Below are positions 10,901-19,129 of a stretch of DNA of 64,000 nt, piece by piece. The translations under genes were made by a program, and so were the position numbers. The first letter of the stretch is position 1; every line of letters starts with the position of its first letter. The DNA comes from Octopus bimaculoides (lineage: Eukaryota). The notes under the pieces are model-generated. The model saw only the letters and a program-made list of their open reading frames with translations, did not search any database and was not told the origin of the DNA. The stretch is from positions 2,985,234 to 3,049,233 of the forward strand of contig NC_068987.1 of the NCBI RefSeq assembly GCF_001194135.2, read 5' to 3'.

Positions 10901-13405
10901 ATTGGTCATAGCACTTACCTTTCCTCCTCCTCCCCTTACTTCACTCTAACAAACAACCACAATTGCAAATCACGTTGAAATCAAATTTATCTTTCATCTC
11001 TCCATGTTTCGTTGAAATAATTTCTAATTAAATATTGAGATTAACTAAATACAGGGCTTAACGTAATACGTGGGATTAATTAGATACTGGGGTTAATTGA
11101 TTTAATCTCTCATGCTTCTGTTGTGTGACCGTGTATCACCAAAACCTTTGTTATTTATGAAATGTCCTTTAGAGAAAAAGATCAATTAATCTTGAGAAAA
11201 AGATCAATTAATCTTGAGAAAAAGATCAATTAATCTTGAGAAAAAGATCAATTAATCTTGAGAAAAAGATCAATTACTTTAGAATTAAGTTTGTGATTTG
11301 CTTTCAGTTCTTAATTGTAACCAATTCAGTTTGTTTAAACACTTTAGAAAGGCATGAATGCTTCTCAGTCTCCTCCTTCTGGCCAACATAGTTGGTACAT
11401 TATTTACATTATTTACATTTGATGGATATTTGTCCTCATCTTCTTTGTACTGAGGTAGATTCATTTGACTAATAATTCTTCAAGATGATGCCCCAGCATG
11501 GCCGCAGTCTAATGAGTAAAACAAGTGAAAGATAGAAGATAAAAGCCATGGACATATGACAGTTAATCCTTCAGCATTCAGATTTCTCTCTCACATGTAA
11601 TCCTTATTTATTCATTGTTTTGGATTAATCCTGGATTATCTAATAGCTTCAAGATTTTGATGATGTGAATGTTTACTTTGAGAATGACATTGTAAGATAG
11701 GTGTGAGAGGTCAAATCTTACCATATTGAACACAAAACAGGTAAAATATTTGGGTCGAAAACGGCCAGTTTAAACAGTTAATGAGAGCCCTTAGAGTTGT
11801 GAAGGTGTTGGTGGCGCCGGTGAAATTACAAGAAAGTTCCTGTTAAATGTTTTCGTTTTGTTCTTTACAGTTTTATGCCCAGTTTGCGACTTCGACTCAC
11901 TGTCCCCGCAGTTCAGCATCACTGTCCAGTCCATCCCGCTCGACCAGTCAGACAATGCTGCCAATGTTGTCTGGTTCAAGAACAAGTCTTCGCACAGAAC
12001 AAGATAACCAAGGATTCTCAGCCTGTCTGCTCTACAAAGGTTACGTTGATGATCCAAGAAATACAGACAATGCCTGGGTTGAAGCTGAAGTCTGGAATTT
12101 TCATTATGACTTTGCAGATACCTTTGATAGTCGTATACTAGAAGTAAGTAACTCTAATTAACCAATTAACTCTAATCAACTAATTAACTCTAATTAACTA
12201 ATTAACTCCTCAGATAGTTATGTAAAGAATATTCTTTTCTACTCTAGGCACAAGGCCTGAATTTTTTTGGGACCGGGCCAGTCAATTAGATCGACTCCAG
12301 TACGCAACTGGTACTTAATTTATCAACTCCGAAAGGATGAAAGGCAAAGTCGACCTCATCGGAATTTGAACTCAGAATGTAAAGACAGGTGAAATATCGC
12401 TAAGCATTTTGCCCGGCGTGCTAACGTTACTGCCAGCTCACCACCTTTATGTGAAGAATGTTAGACAATCAAGACAACTGATAGGATTTGAACCAGGTAC
12501 CTATCACCTGGCAAGCAAACTTATTATCAATTGCACATTGCACATTAATGAAATAACCCATCCTGCTAGCATTAAGTGACTGACCATCTATGTTGTGAAG
12601 ATAAAACNNNNNNNNNNNNNNNNNNNNNNNNNNNNNNNNNNNNNNNNNNNNNNNNNNNNNNNNNNNNNNNNNNNNNNNNNNNNNNNNNNNNNNNNNNNNN
12701 NNNNNNNNNNNNNNNNNNNNNNNNNNNNNNNNNNNNNNNNNNNNNNNNNNNNNNNNNNNNNNNNNNNNNNNNNNNNNNNNNNNNNNNNNNNNNNNNNNNN
12801 NNNNNNNNNNNNNNNNNNNNNNNNNNNNNNNNNNNNNNNNNNNNNNNNNNNNNNNNNNNNNNNNNNNNNNNNNNNNNNNNNNNNNNNNNNNNNNNNNNNN
12901 NNNNNNNNNNNNNNNNNNNNNNNNNNNNNNNNNNNNNNNNNNNNNNNNNNNNNNNNNNNNNNNNNNNNNNNNNNNNNNNNNNNNNNNNNNNNNNNNNNNN
13001 NCAGCTCCTGTCAAACCATCCGACCCATGCCAGCAGGGGAAACAGATGTTGAGTAGTGATGATGATGATGCGTTCTCTGATGAGATGGAATGGTAAAGCA
13101 CCTGTTGCATAAATCGGTAATGTAGTTCCCTTGCAAGACATAGATTGACAGTCCTCTTCAATGGACGTGTTGTGCCACACAAGTCATTATTCATTAACAT
13201 CTTATATGAAGTCTATTCAGTCCTGGTTTTTTTTTTGTGTTGAGTGAGCTTAATCACATCACTCAACATGAATGTTGATGACTGAACACTTTGAAACAGC
13301 CCCCACTCCCTCCTCCACCTCTTGTATCTTATCTATTTCCATCATTTCAGCTTCATATTGAAACCTTCTGTTGTACAGATTACATGCACACACACAAACA
13401 CACTC

Positions 13406-13439
<34 letters not shown>

Positions 13440-13746
13440 ACATACACACACATCCATCCATCCATCCATTCATTCACACACACATCCATCCATACACACA
13501 CATCTATTCATGCACACACACACACATCCATCAATTCACAAACACACACACATCCATCCATCCACACACACACACACACACACACAGTATATGTGCATTG
13601 TGTTTTACAATAGTATTCTTATTGTTGTTGTACTTTTGCAGGACGCCAGTGTGAAATGGAAAGAAGTGTCCCCTTATGTGAAGTTGGTCGGGAATGAAGC
13701 TGTTATTGTACAGGAAGCTGCCAGGATCCATGATGCTTACAACTGA
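1944..13746 (+). CDS. TRPM2: TRPM2-like cation channel, 3' part (coiled coil + NUDT9-H domain); join(1944..2092,2911..3050,4093..4211,5958..6052,7500..7703,9809..10022,10584..10703,11871..12143,13642..13746)
   Basis: Nine GT-AG exons splice in frame (1419 nt, 472 aa + TGA). NUDT9-family motifs: HVASRQSPYPG..RFPV.D.YVPW, NPMGRTGIRGKGSLWRWGPNH, LYKGYVDDPRNTDNAWVE. An upstream TRPM-type coiled coil (RLSDRVVELERAL..LEDIKHML) argues for a channel rather than stand-alone NUDT9. The 5' part lies outside the window; exact orthology is unproven. Confidence 0.8.
2481..2826 (+). mobile_element. 5'-truncated R4/Dong-like non-LTR retrotransposon 3' end, in a (TAA)n tract
   Basis: RLE-type C-terminus IIDIAC..D..V..KE..KV.RY..L..EVKQLW...VVPII / QKTALLGTARILQKVLEK* (TAA 2742), short 3' UTR, (AAT)n on both sides. 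Confidence 0.8.
2911..3050 (+). CDS. TRPM2: TRPM2-like exon 2, coiled coil
   Basis: ttcag acceptor, G|gtgagt donor; VNNLKDDMQLQKKNIKRLSDRVVELERALQ. Confidence 0.8.
4093..4211 (+). CDS. TRPM2: TRPM2-like exon 3, start of NUDT9-H
   Basis: cacag / gtaagt; HVASRQSPYPGTKLARFPVFDKYVPWE. Confidence 0.9.
4975..5342 (-). mobile_element. Retroposon 3' segment ending in (GAT/AAT)n, embedded between (ATT)n tracts
   Basis: Non-coding, higher GC, bounded by trinucleotide repeats on both sides; family not assignable. Confidence 0.5.
5958..6052 (+). CDS. TRPM2: TRPM2-like exon 4
   Basis: gacag / gtaagt; SIYDVYDPKTYTKPKDQFLEYEIVFVDEDIFE. Confidence 0.85.
6166..6361. mobile_element. piggyBac-type MITE (TTAA flanks); related copy at 11567-11777
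   Basis: TTAA at 6162 and 6362, degenerate CC..TTTA termini; body matches 11567-11777 (gacattgta..gtg.gagagg...aaaacaggta.aatat). Confidence 0.7.
7110..7252 (-). mobile_element. 3' terminus (TIR) of a maT/Tc1-mariner-like element, inserted at a (TA)n tract
   Basis: Reverse complement matches 57145-57250; the TIR gggtgcagtgaataaattgtc resembles the left end at 56407. Confidence 0.75.
7500..7703 (+). CDS. TRPM2: TRPM2-like exon 5
   Basis: tgcag / gtaagt; ...WNAVV...EVDRRSW...YKLDPSGVPQ. Confidence 0.88.
7902..8760. mobile_element. Non-autonomous hAT-superfamily element, 859 bp
   Basis: 16-bp imperfect TIRs (catgggcccaggaaca / tgttcctgagccagtg, 13/16) and a perfect 8-bp TSD ATGACAGG (7894-7901, 8761-8768). 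Confidence 0.8.
9809..10022 (+). CDS. TRPM2: TRPM2-like exon 6
   Basis: ttcag / gtaagt; NPMGRTGIRGKGSLWRWGPNH...EFIAVRK...FCLPG. Confidence 0.92.
10053..10267 (+). repeat. 33-bp minisatellite, about 6.5 copies (GGGGTCACTAGATGGGGTTGGTTCTACCA(A/G)TCT)
   Basis: Direct tandem units at 10053, 10086, 10119, 10152, 10185, 10218, 10251; no spacers. Confidence 0.95.
10584..10703 (+). CDS. TRPM2: TRPM2-like exon 7 (degenerate Nudix box)
   Basis: tgcag / gtacgt; DALHGLTSPYSTMCEAFMKSVFDE...; symmetric phase-0, 120 nt. Confidence 0.8.
11172..11276 (+). repeat. Perfect 22-bp tandem repeat x4.7 (GAGAAAAAGATCAATTAATCTT)
   Basis: Units at 11172, 11194, 11216, 11238, 11260. Confidence 0.95.
11871..12143 (+). 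CDS. TRPM2: TRPM2-like exon 8
   Basis: ttacag / gtaagt; LLYKGYVDDPRNTDNAWVEAEVWNFH. Confidence 0.92.
12235..12440 (-). mobile_element. tRNA-derived SINE family A (other copies about 15990-16200 -, 30718-30930 +, 35027-35225 +, 35530-35684 -, 37470-37625 +, 43590-43790 +, 46020-46195 -, 61120-61335 -, 62045-62260 +, 63260-63475 +)
   Basis: Pol III A/B-box head (ggtgagctggcaga..., gagttcaaattc), shared body gcctttcatcctttcggggtcgataaattaagtaccag. Confidence 0.88.
13642..13746 (+). CDS. TRPM2: TRPM2-like terminal exon
   Basis: tgcag acceptor; DASVKWKEVSPYVKL...IHDAYN*; AATAAA at 13829. Confidence 0.88.
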   Translation, partial: DASVKWKEVSPYVKLVGNEAVIVQEAARIHDAYN

Positions 13747-13828
13747 TGGGTGGGGGTGTATGATGGGGGGAATGGGATGAGATGGGGGTGGGGGTTAATT
13801 GAAGACAACCACAACAACAACACTTATA

Positions 13829-13834
13829 AATAAA
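13829..13834 (+). promoter_or_regulatory. Putative polyadenylation signal of the TRPM2-like gene
   Basis: First AATAAA, 83 nt after TGA, followed by T/GT-rich sequence. Confidence 0.5.
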
Positions 13835-14894
13835 ATTATAACATTTATTTAGTCTTTGTTGTTAATTACACCACCCCCACTTGCCTCTTTAATTACGCCT
13901 CCCTCACCCCTCTTTCATTACATATCTCCCACCCCCTCTTCAATTAAACTTCCCCATATCCCACTTTAATTACACCTCCCTCTTTAATTACCCGTCCCCA
14001 TCTCCCTCCTTAATTACACCCTCTCCCTTTATATCCTGTTTTTTTTTAAATTCTATCTAAATTTCTGAACCATAGAATTGTTGTCATGGTTACAGGTTTC
14101 CAACATCATACTCACTGTTTCCCNNNNNNNNNNNNNNNNNNNNNNNNNNNNNNNNNNNNNNNNNNNNNNNNNNNNNNNNNNNNNNNNNNNNNNNNNNNNN
14201 NNNNNNNNNNNNNNNNNNNNNNNNNNNNNNNNNNNNNNNNNNNNNNNNNNNNNNNNNNNNNNNNNNNNNNNNNNNNNNNNNNNNNNNNNNNNNNNNNNNN
14301 NNNNNNNNNNNNNNNNNNNNNNNNNNNNNNNNNNNNNNNNNNNNNNNNNNNNNNNNNNNNNNNNNNNNNNNNNNNNNNNNNNNNNNNNNNNNNNNNNNNN
14401 NNNNNNNNNNNNNNNNNNNNNNNNNNNNNNNNNNNNNNNNNNNNNNNNNNNNNNNNNNNNNNNNNNNNNNNNNNNNNNNNNNNNNNNNNNNNNNNNNNNN
14501 NNNNNNNNNNNNNNNNNNNNNNNNNNNNNNNNNNNNNNNNNNNNNNNNNNNNNNNNNNNNNNNNNNNNNNNNNNNNNNNNNNNNNNNNNNNNNNNNNNNN
14601 NNNNNNNNNNNNNNNNNNNNNNNNNNNNNNNNNNNNNNNNNNNNNNNNNNNNNNNTTTAAATGATAGAAAATAATAAATAAAAATAATAAAAAATGAAAA
14701 AGATTATATAACTCAATCAATAATAGAAGTAAAAAGAAAAAAGAAACAAATATAAAATAGAACAAAATGTTTTTTTAATAAAGTGTGTAAGGAAAGTCAC
14801 TGAAAAGAGGGGGTCATGTGGGGTCTGAAAAGTGTTTGTGTATGTAGGGGGCATCGGATCTATACAATATATATTCTATTATTGCTTTTTGATT

Positions 14895-15039
14895 TGTTTC
14901 AGTCATTTTACTTCGGCCATGCTGGAGCATTGCCTTTAGTCGAAGAAATCAACCCCAGGTCTTATTCTTTGTAAGCCTAGTACTTATTCTATCAGTTCTC
15001 TTTTTGACGAACCGCTAAGTTACGGGGACGTAAACACAA

Positions 15040-15071
<32 letters not shown>

Positions 15072-15228
15072 GACGAGCTTCTTTCAGTTTTAAACTACGA
15101 AATCCACTCGCAAGGCTTTGGTCGGCCCGAGGCTATAGTAGAAGACACTTGCCCAAGGTGCCACGCAGTGGGACTGAACCTGGAACCATGTGGCGAGCAA
15201 GCAAGCTACTTACCACACAGCAACTCCT
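14895..15228 (-). mobile_element. Full composite SINE: tRNA-like head B + internal (TG)n + tail C
   Basis: Same architecture at 33690-34065; isolated heads at about 27085, 32945, 33510, 55885, 63895. Confidence 0.85.
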
Positions 15229-16199
15229 TATTGAAATTTATAGAAAAAACAAAAGTCGAAGACAGGTGTATAAACAACAAGCAAGTATATTAGTTTGATG
15301 GTCAGGAAAATGTAAAAGTCTTTTACATTTCAAGCCTATGCTCCTCAGCAGAAAGGAACGAGAGAAATTAAAGAGAGAGAGAATAAAAACAAAACTTGTA
15401 GATTTCAGCAATCCAGCATGGTGAATGAGAAAGAAGTAAATAGTGGGAACACACGGGGTGCGGACAATGAGGGTAGAGGTAGCGAGAGAGAGATGAGAGG
15501 AGGAAATGAGGTCGTAAATAGGGGAGGACAGTCTGTTGGTAGTTAGGTGTGGTGCTGGGGGGCAGAGGGGGGCAATAAAAGGTGTGCTTGAAGTTGGTTG
15601 GGAAACTTCAGCTTTGTAAAAGTCTACACACCACCACCATATATATATGTAAGACTATATCCATAAAATACTTCTCCAACCTTACCTTTGCTCTCTTTAT
15701 CCTTTTGNNNNNNNNNNNNNNNNNNNNNNNNNNNNNNNNNNNNNNNNNNNNNNNNNNNNNNNNNNNNNNNNNNNNNNNNNNNNNNNNNNNNNNNNNNNNN
15801 NNNNNNNACAGACAGACAGACACACACACATTCTCATTTTTATATATATAGATAACCATAGTATTATCAGAAGACACAACATATTATGAAAAGGTACAAC
15901 ACTACAGTCAACAGAAAATAATGAAGGGCCTAAAAACAATGTTAAACCTATACAGAGAAGGGCTCACTGTTTTTTACTTTTTCTGTTTTTTACTCTAGGC
16001 ACAAGGCCCTAAATTTTGGGGGAGGGGGCTAGTTGATTAGATTGACTCCAGTATGCAACTGGTACTTAATTTATCGTCCCCAAAAGGATGAAAGGCAAAG
16101 TCAACCTCAGTGGAATTTGAACTCAGAACTTAAAGATGGGCAAAATACCCCTAAGCATTTCGTCCAGTGTGTTAACAATTCTGCCAGCTCACCACCTTA

Positions 16200-16485
16200 A
16201 TGTATACGACTATATGACTTTCTTCAATGGTATATGACTAACTTCAATAGTAAATCCAGTCAATTGTACGGTATTCCTAAGATACACAAAAGTGAAAAAA
16301 TAAGTAATGCATGCAGGGGAGCCACAGGCATTATAGTCAAGATACCTACTCCTAATGACCTCAAATTAGGACCCATAATAGCAGGCCCCACATGTGAAAC
16401 TCAACACCTCTGTAACTTTTTAGACACCCTCTTAAAACTATCAAAAGCTACTTAAGGGACGACCTGGATATTCTCAATCAGCACA
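16200..16485 (+). mobile_element. Penelope-like element, RT N-terminal fragment
   Basis: QLYGIPKIHKS...LGPIIAGPTCETQHLCNFLDTLLK / IKSYLRDDLDILN (frameshifted). Confidence 0.8.
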
Positions 16486-16880
16486 TGCTGCACTGCTTGG
16501 CATTTACACAAGAAGGTCCAAAATGAACATTCCAGAGTGTTTGGGTGTCAATTTGAGGACAGAGCAATCTGAGGACATGTACCGAGAGTGATAAGAATCA
16601 AACATCCAGTCAGCATCATGGTGTTTGGAGTGATCACTAGTGATGGCAACATTATGCCTCCATTCATCTTCCCACACAGTCCCACACTCAACACAGAGAT
16701 TTACATCAAGTGCCTGGAGGAGGTAGCACAGCCCTGGGTCAAGAGGGTGGCTGCTGGAAGACCCTATGTCTGGTAACAGGATTCTGTACCTTGCTACACA
16801 AGCAAGAGAACCCAGTCGTAGCTGTCAGACAATTTCTGTGATCACATAAACCCCTGACATCTGGTCAACTAACTCCCCAG
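16486..16880 (+). mobile_element. maT/Tc1-mariner (DD37D-like) transposase relic, internally deleted
   Basis: KHPVSIMVFGVITSDG...W*QDSVPCYTS...IWSTNSPD; stops present; same family as 56407-57255. Confidence 0.82.
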
Positions 16881-17468
16881 ATGGGTGAAGAACAATTAAG
16901 ATGGCTATTTATTAAGGTGATTATGAGATTTGTTGTTACCACATATAAAAAATATACAACTTTGTCGAGTTGTTTGATGTACACAGCTTGCTTGAAGATC
17001 TCCAGTCCATTCGTTTCTTTAGTAGTTAGTTTTATCTCTGCGACAACTCAAGAGAAACAGAGAGTAAAAGGAATGTGGATGGATAGAAAGGATGATAAAC
17101 CTACTCTTGCTCATTGTTCAACATACTGGAAGATATGTTGTTGGCTGAGACCAAATTACCAAAGCAGTCGGCCGATATCTGGTTGTGTATTTATATTCTC
17201 GCCAATTAAATTAGGCCCAGCCAAAACAATAGGACTTCTCCATTATATCAAGTTTGAACTGTGATTAACTCAAAAACGTCTAGGATGTCAATTTATTTTC
17301 TTTAATCCCTTAGTACAAAAAGTCTAAGACAATAGACTGAGGATTTATTTGACAATGTGGAAAAATGTGGATTTGCTTTCAAATCTCAGCTTAGGCATTT
17401 TGTAGTTGTTTGCTACAAACACTAATTAACAGGCTTGACTAATCAAAATTACCCTTGGAGAAACAACC

Positions 17469-17477
17469 ATGATTGAG
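17469..17477 (+). CDS. GCNT: Putative upstream coding micro-segment (Met-Ile-Glu) of the GCNT gene
   Basis: caaccATGATTGAG|gtatgt donor; intron 17478..17653 ends in a long pyrimidine tract + tag; the splice is in frame with ATG 17666 via TTA AAC AGA ATT. Confidence 0.5.
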
Positions 17478-17665
17478 GTATGTCTTTTTCAAATGTATTT
17501 TACAGGAATGTTTATGACATTTTAAATTATAACTTTTACTCAATCATCACAAAAATTATGTATATTATCATTCACATTCATTTTTATATTGGTCCTGCAA
17601 TATTTTCATTTCATTCTACCTTTTTTTTCTTTCTTTCTTTATTTCTCCTTTAGTTAAACAGAATT

Positions 17666-19036
17666 ATGAAACTAAAACAACGAACCCTCTTTCTACTTAT
17701 ATGTGTATGTGGTGCAGTAACCTTCATGCTGTTTAGCAAATGGTATCACAGCAAAGCATTAGAAAGTATAGAAGTTAGGAAAAAGATGGTAGACTGCAGG
17801 CTTCTATTTAGAGTAGATCTTGACTATGTCAAAAAGGTTAGCTTAATAAAACAAAATAACAATACAGATACCATTTATCATCTGAAGAAACTTTCAGAAA
17901 ATTGTTCCAATTTCCGTCTGCAACATGGATATTTTAGCAAACTGGTTACTCAAATGGAGCTCGATTACCCAATTGCATTTGCTATCAAAATGTATGACAA
18001 ACCAAAGCAATTTGAAAGATTATTAAGAGCAATCTACTTACCACATAATGTTTATTGTATCCATGTTGATGCGAAGACTGATAACAGTGTATTTGAACTG
18101 ATAAAAAGCATCAGCATGTGTCTACCAAATGTTGTACTTGCAGAGAATCGAATAAATATTGTTTATGCTACATTTAGGCATTTACAAGCTGAACTAGAAT
18201 GCATGAAGGCATGCATCAAATCAAATGTAAAATGGAAATACTACATAAATCTTACTGGCCAAGAATTTCCATTGAAGACAAACCTGGAATTAGTTGAAAT
18301 TCTGAAGATTTTCAATGGAACGAACGATATTGAAGCATACAAGCACCCTAAAACTTTAGATTGGCGTGTAAAAAATAAGATAAAAATCAATGAGAAATCA
18401 CTGAGTATAACAAATGAAAGCAAACTACCATTGAAATATCAAATACAGTTGTATAAAGGAAGTGCCTATGGGATGTTTTCACGAGACTTTGTTGAATTTG
18501 TCTTGGAAGATGATGTTGCAACGACCATTCTTAATTGGATGAATGATACATACTCACCAGAAGAAAATATCTGGTCAACTCTTAATTCCCTAGAATTTGC
18601 CCCAGGTGGCTCTGGTGGCATTGAAATCCGACATGATAAACATCACTTTGCCTCAAAAGCTGTGATATGGGACTGGGATCCGGTTAAATGTTTCGGTAAA
18701 TCAATACGTAGTGTTTGTATTTATGGTATAGGAGATCTTCCATGGCTCAAAAGCCGTCCCCAAATAGTAGCCAATAAATTTGACGAAGATACCGATTCTA
18801 TTGTCTTAGACTGTTTAGAAGAGTTGTTAACAAACAGAATGCTAATCCAAAATGATGATCAGCTCAACTGGCACTATTATCATAATCTTCCACATGTCAT
18901 GCATAATGCAAAACTCAAAGCCAATGAAAAAACAAAAGAATTCCTGCAAAGCAAGAAAAGAAAATGGCTTTTGCAACAAGAACAATTTCTTAAACCTGTG
19001 ACAAAGAGACAGAATATTACAGTAGCAAAACAATGA
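17666..19036 (+). CDS. GCNT: Beta-1,6-N-acetylglucosaminyltransferase (core-2/I-branching, GT14), type II Golgi membrane protein, 456 aa (463 aa with the upstream micro-exon)
   Basis: Uninterrupted ORF; N-terminal hydrophobic anchor; motifs PIAF..ERLLRAIY.P.NVYCIHVD.K, WKYYINLTGQEFPLKTN.ELV, YKGSAY, DTYSPEE (catalytic Glu position), RSVCIYGIGDLPWL, ANKFD. GCNT1/3/4 subtype cannot be assigned by eye. Confidence 0.93.
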   Translation: MKLKQRTLFLLICVCGAVTFMLFSKWYHSKALESIEVRKKMVDCRLLFRVDLDYVKKVSLIKQNNNTDTIYHLKKLSENCSNFRLQHGYFSKLVTQMELDYPIAFAIKMYDKPKQFERLLRAIYLPHNVYCIHVDAKTDNSVFELIKSISMCLPNVVLAENRINIVYATFRHLQAELECMKACIKSNVKWKYYINLTGQEFPLKTNLELVEILKIFNGTNDIEAYKHPKTLDWRVKNKIKINEKSLSITNESKLPLKYQIQLYKGSAYGMFSRDFVEFVLEDDVATTILNWMNDTYSPEENIWSTLNSLEFAPGGSGGIEIRHDKHHFASKAVIWDWDPVKCFGKSIRSVCIYGIGDLPWLKSRPQIVANKFDEDTDSIVLDCLEELLTNRMLIQNDDQLNWHYYHNLPHVMHNAKLKANEKTKEFLQSKKRKWLLQQEQFLKPVTKRQNITVAKQ

Positions 19037-19129
19037 GCCAAAAAGTCTGCGTGAGTTGGAAAATGGTAGCATAGTTAAATTTATAAATCACTAACAAGCA
19101 GATACTAGCAACAACAACAATAACAATTT

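Noticed and set aside
1944-13746. Stand-alone NUDT9 gene
   Set aside because: In-frame upstream exons encode a TRPM-type coiled coil, and no start codon or targeting peptide precedes the Nudix fold
15324-15357. Minimal hammerhead ribozyme-like motif CTGAGGA-GCATAGGCTT-GAAA (minus; related copy at 48125-48160 plus)
   Set aside because: Stem II and stem I do not pair properly in either copy; at best a decayed PLE-terminal motif. An Infernal search of the family consensus would be needed.
17666-19036. GCNT as a bacterial horizontal transfer or processed pseudogene because it is a single long ORF
   Set aside because: It has a metazoan type II membrane architecture, intact catalytic motifs and a likely 5' intron; single-exon catalytic regions are normal for GCNT1/3/4-type genes
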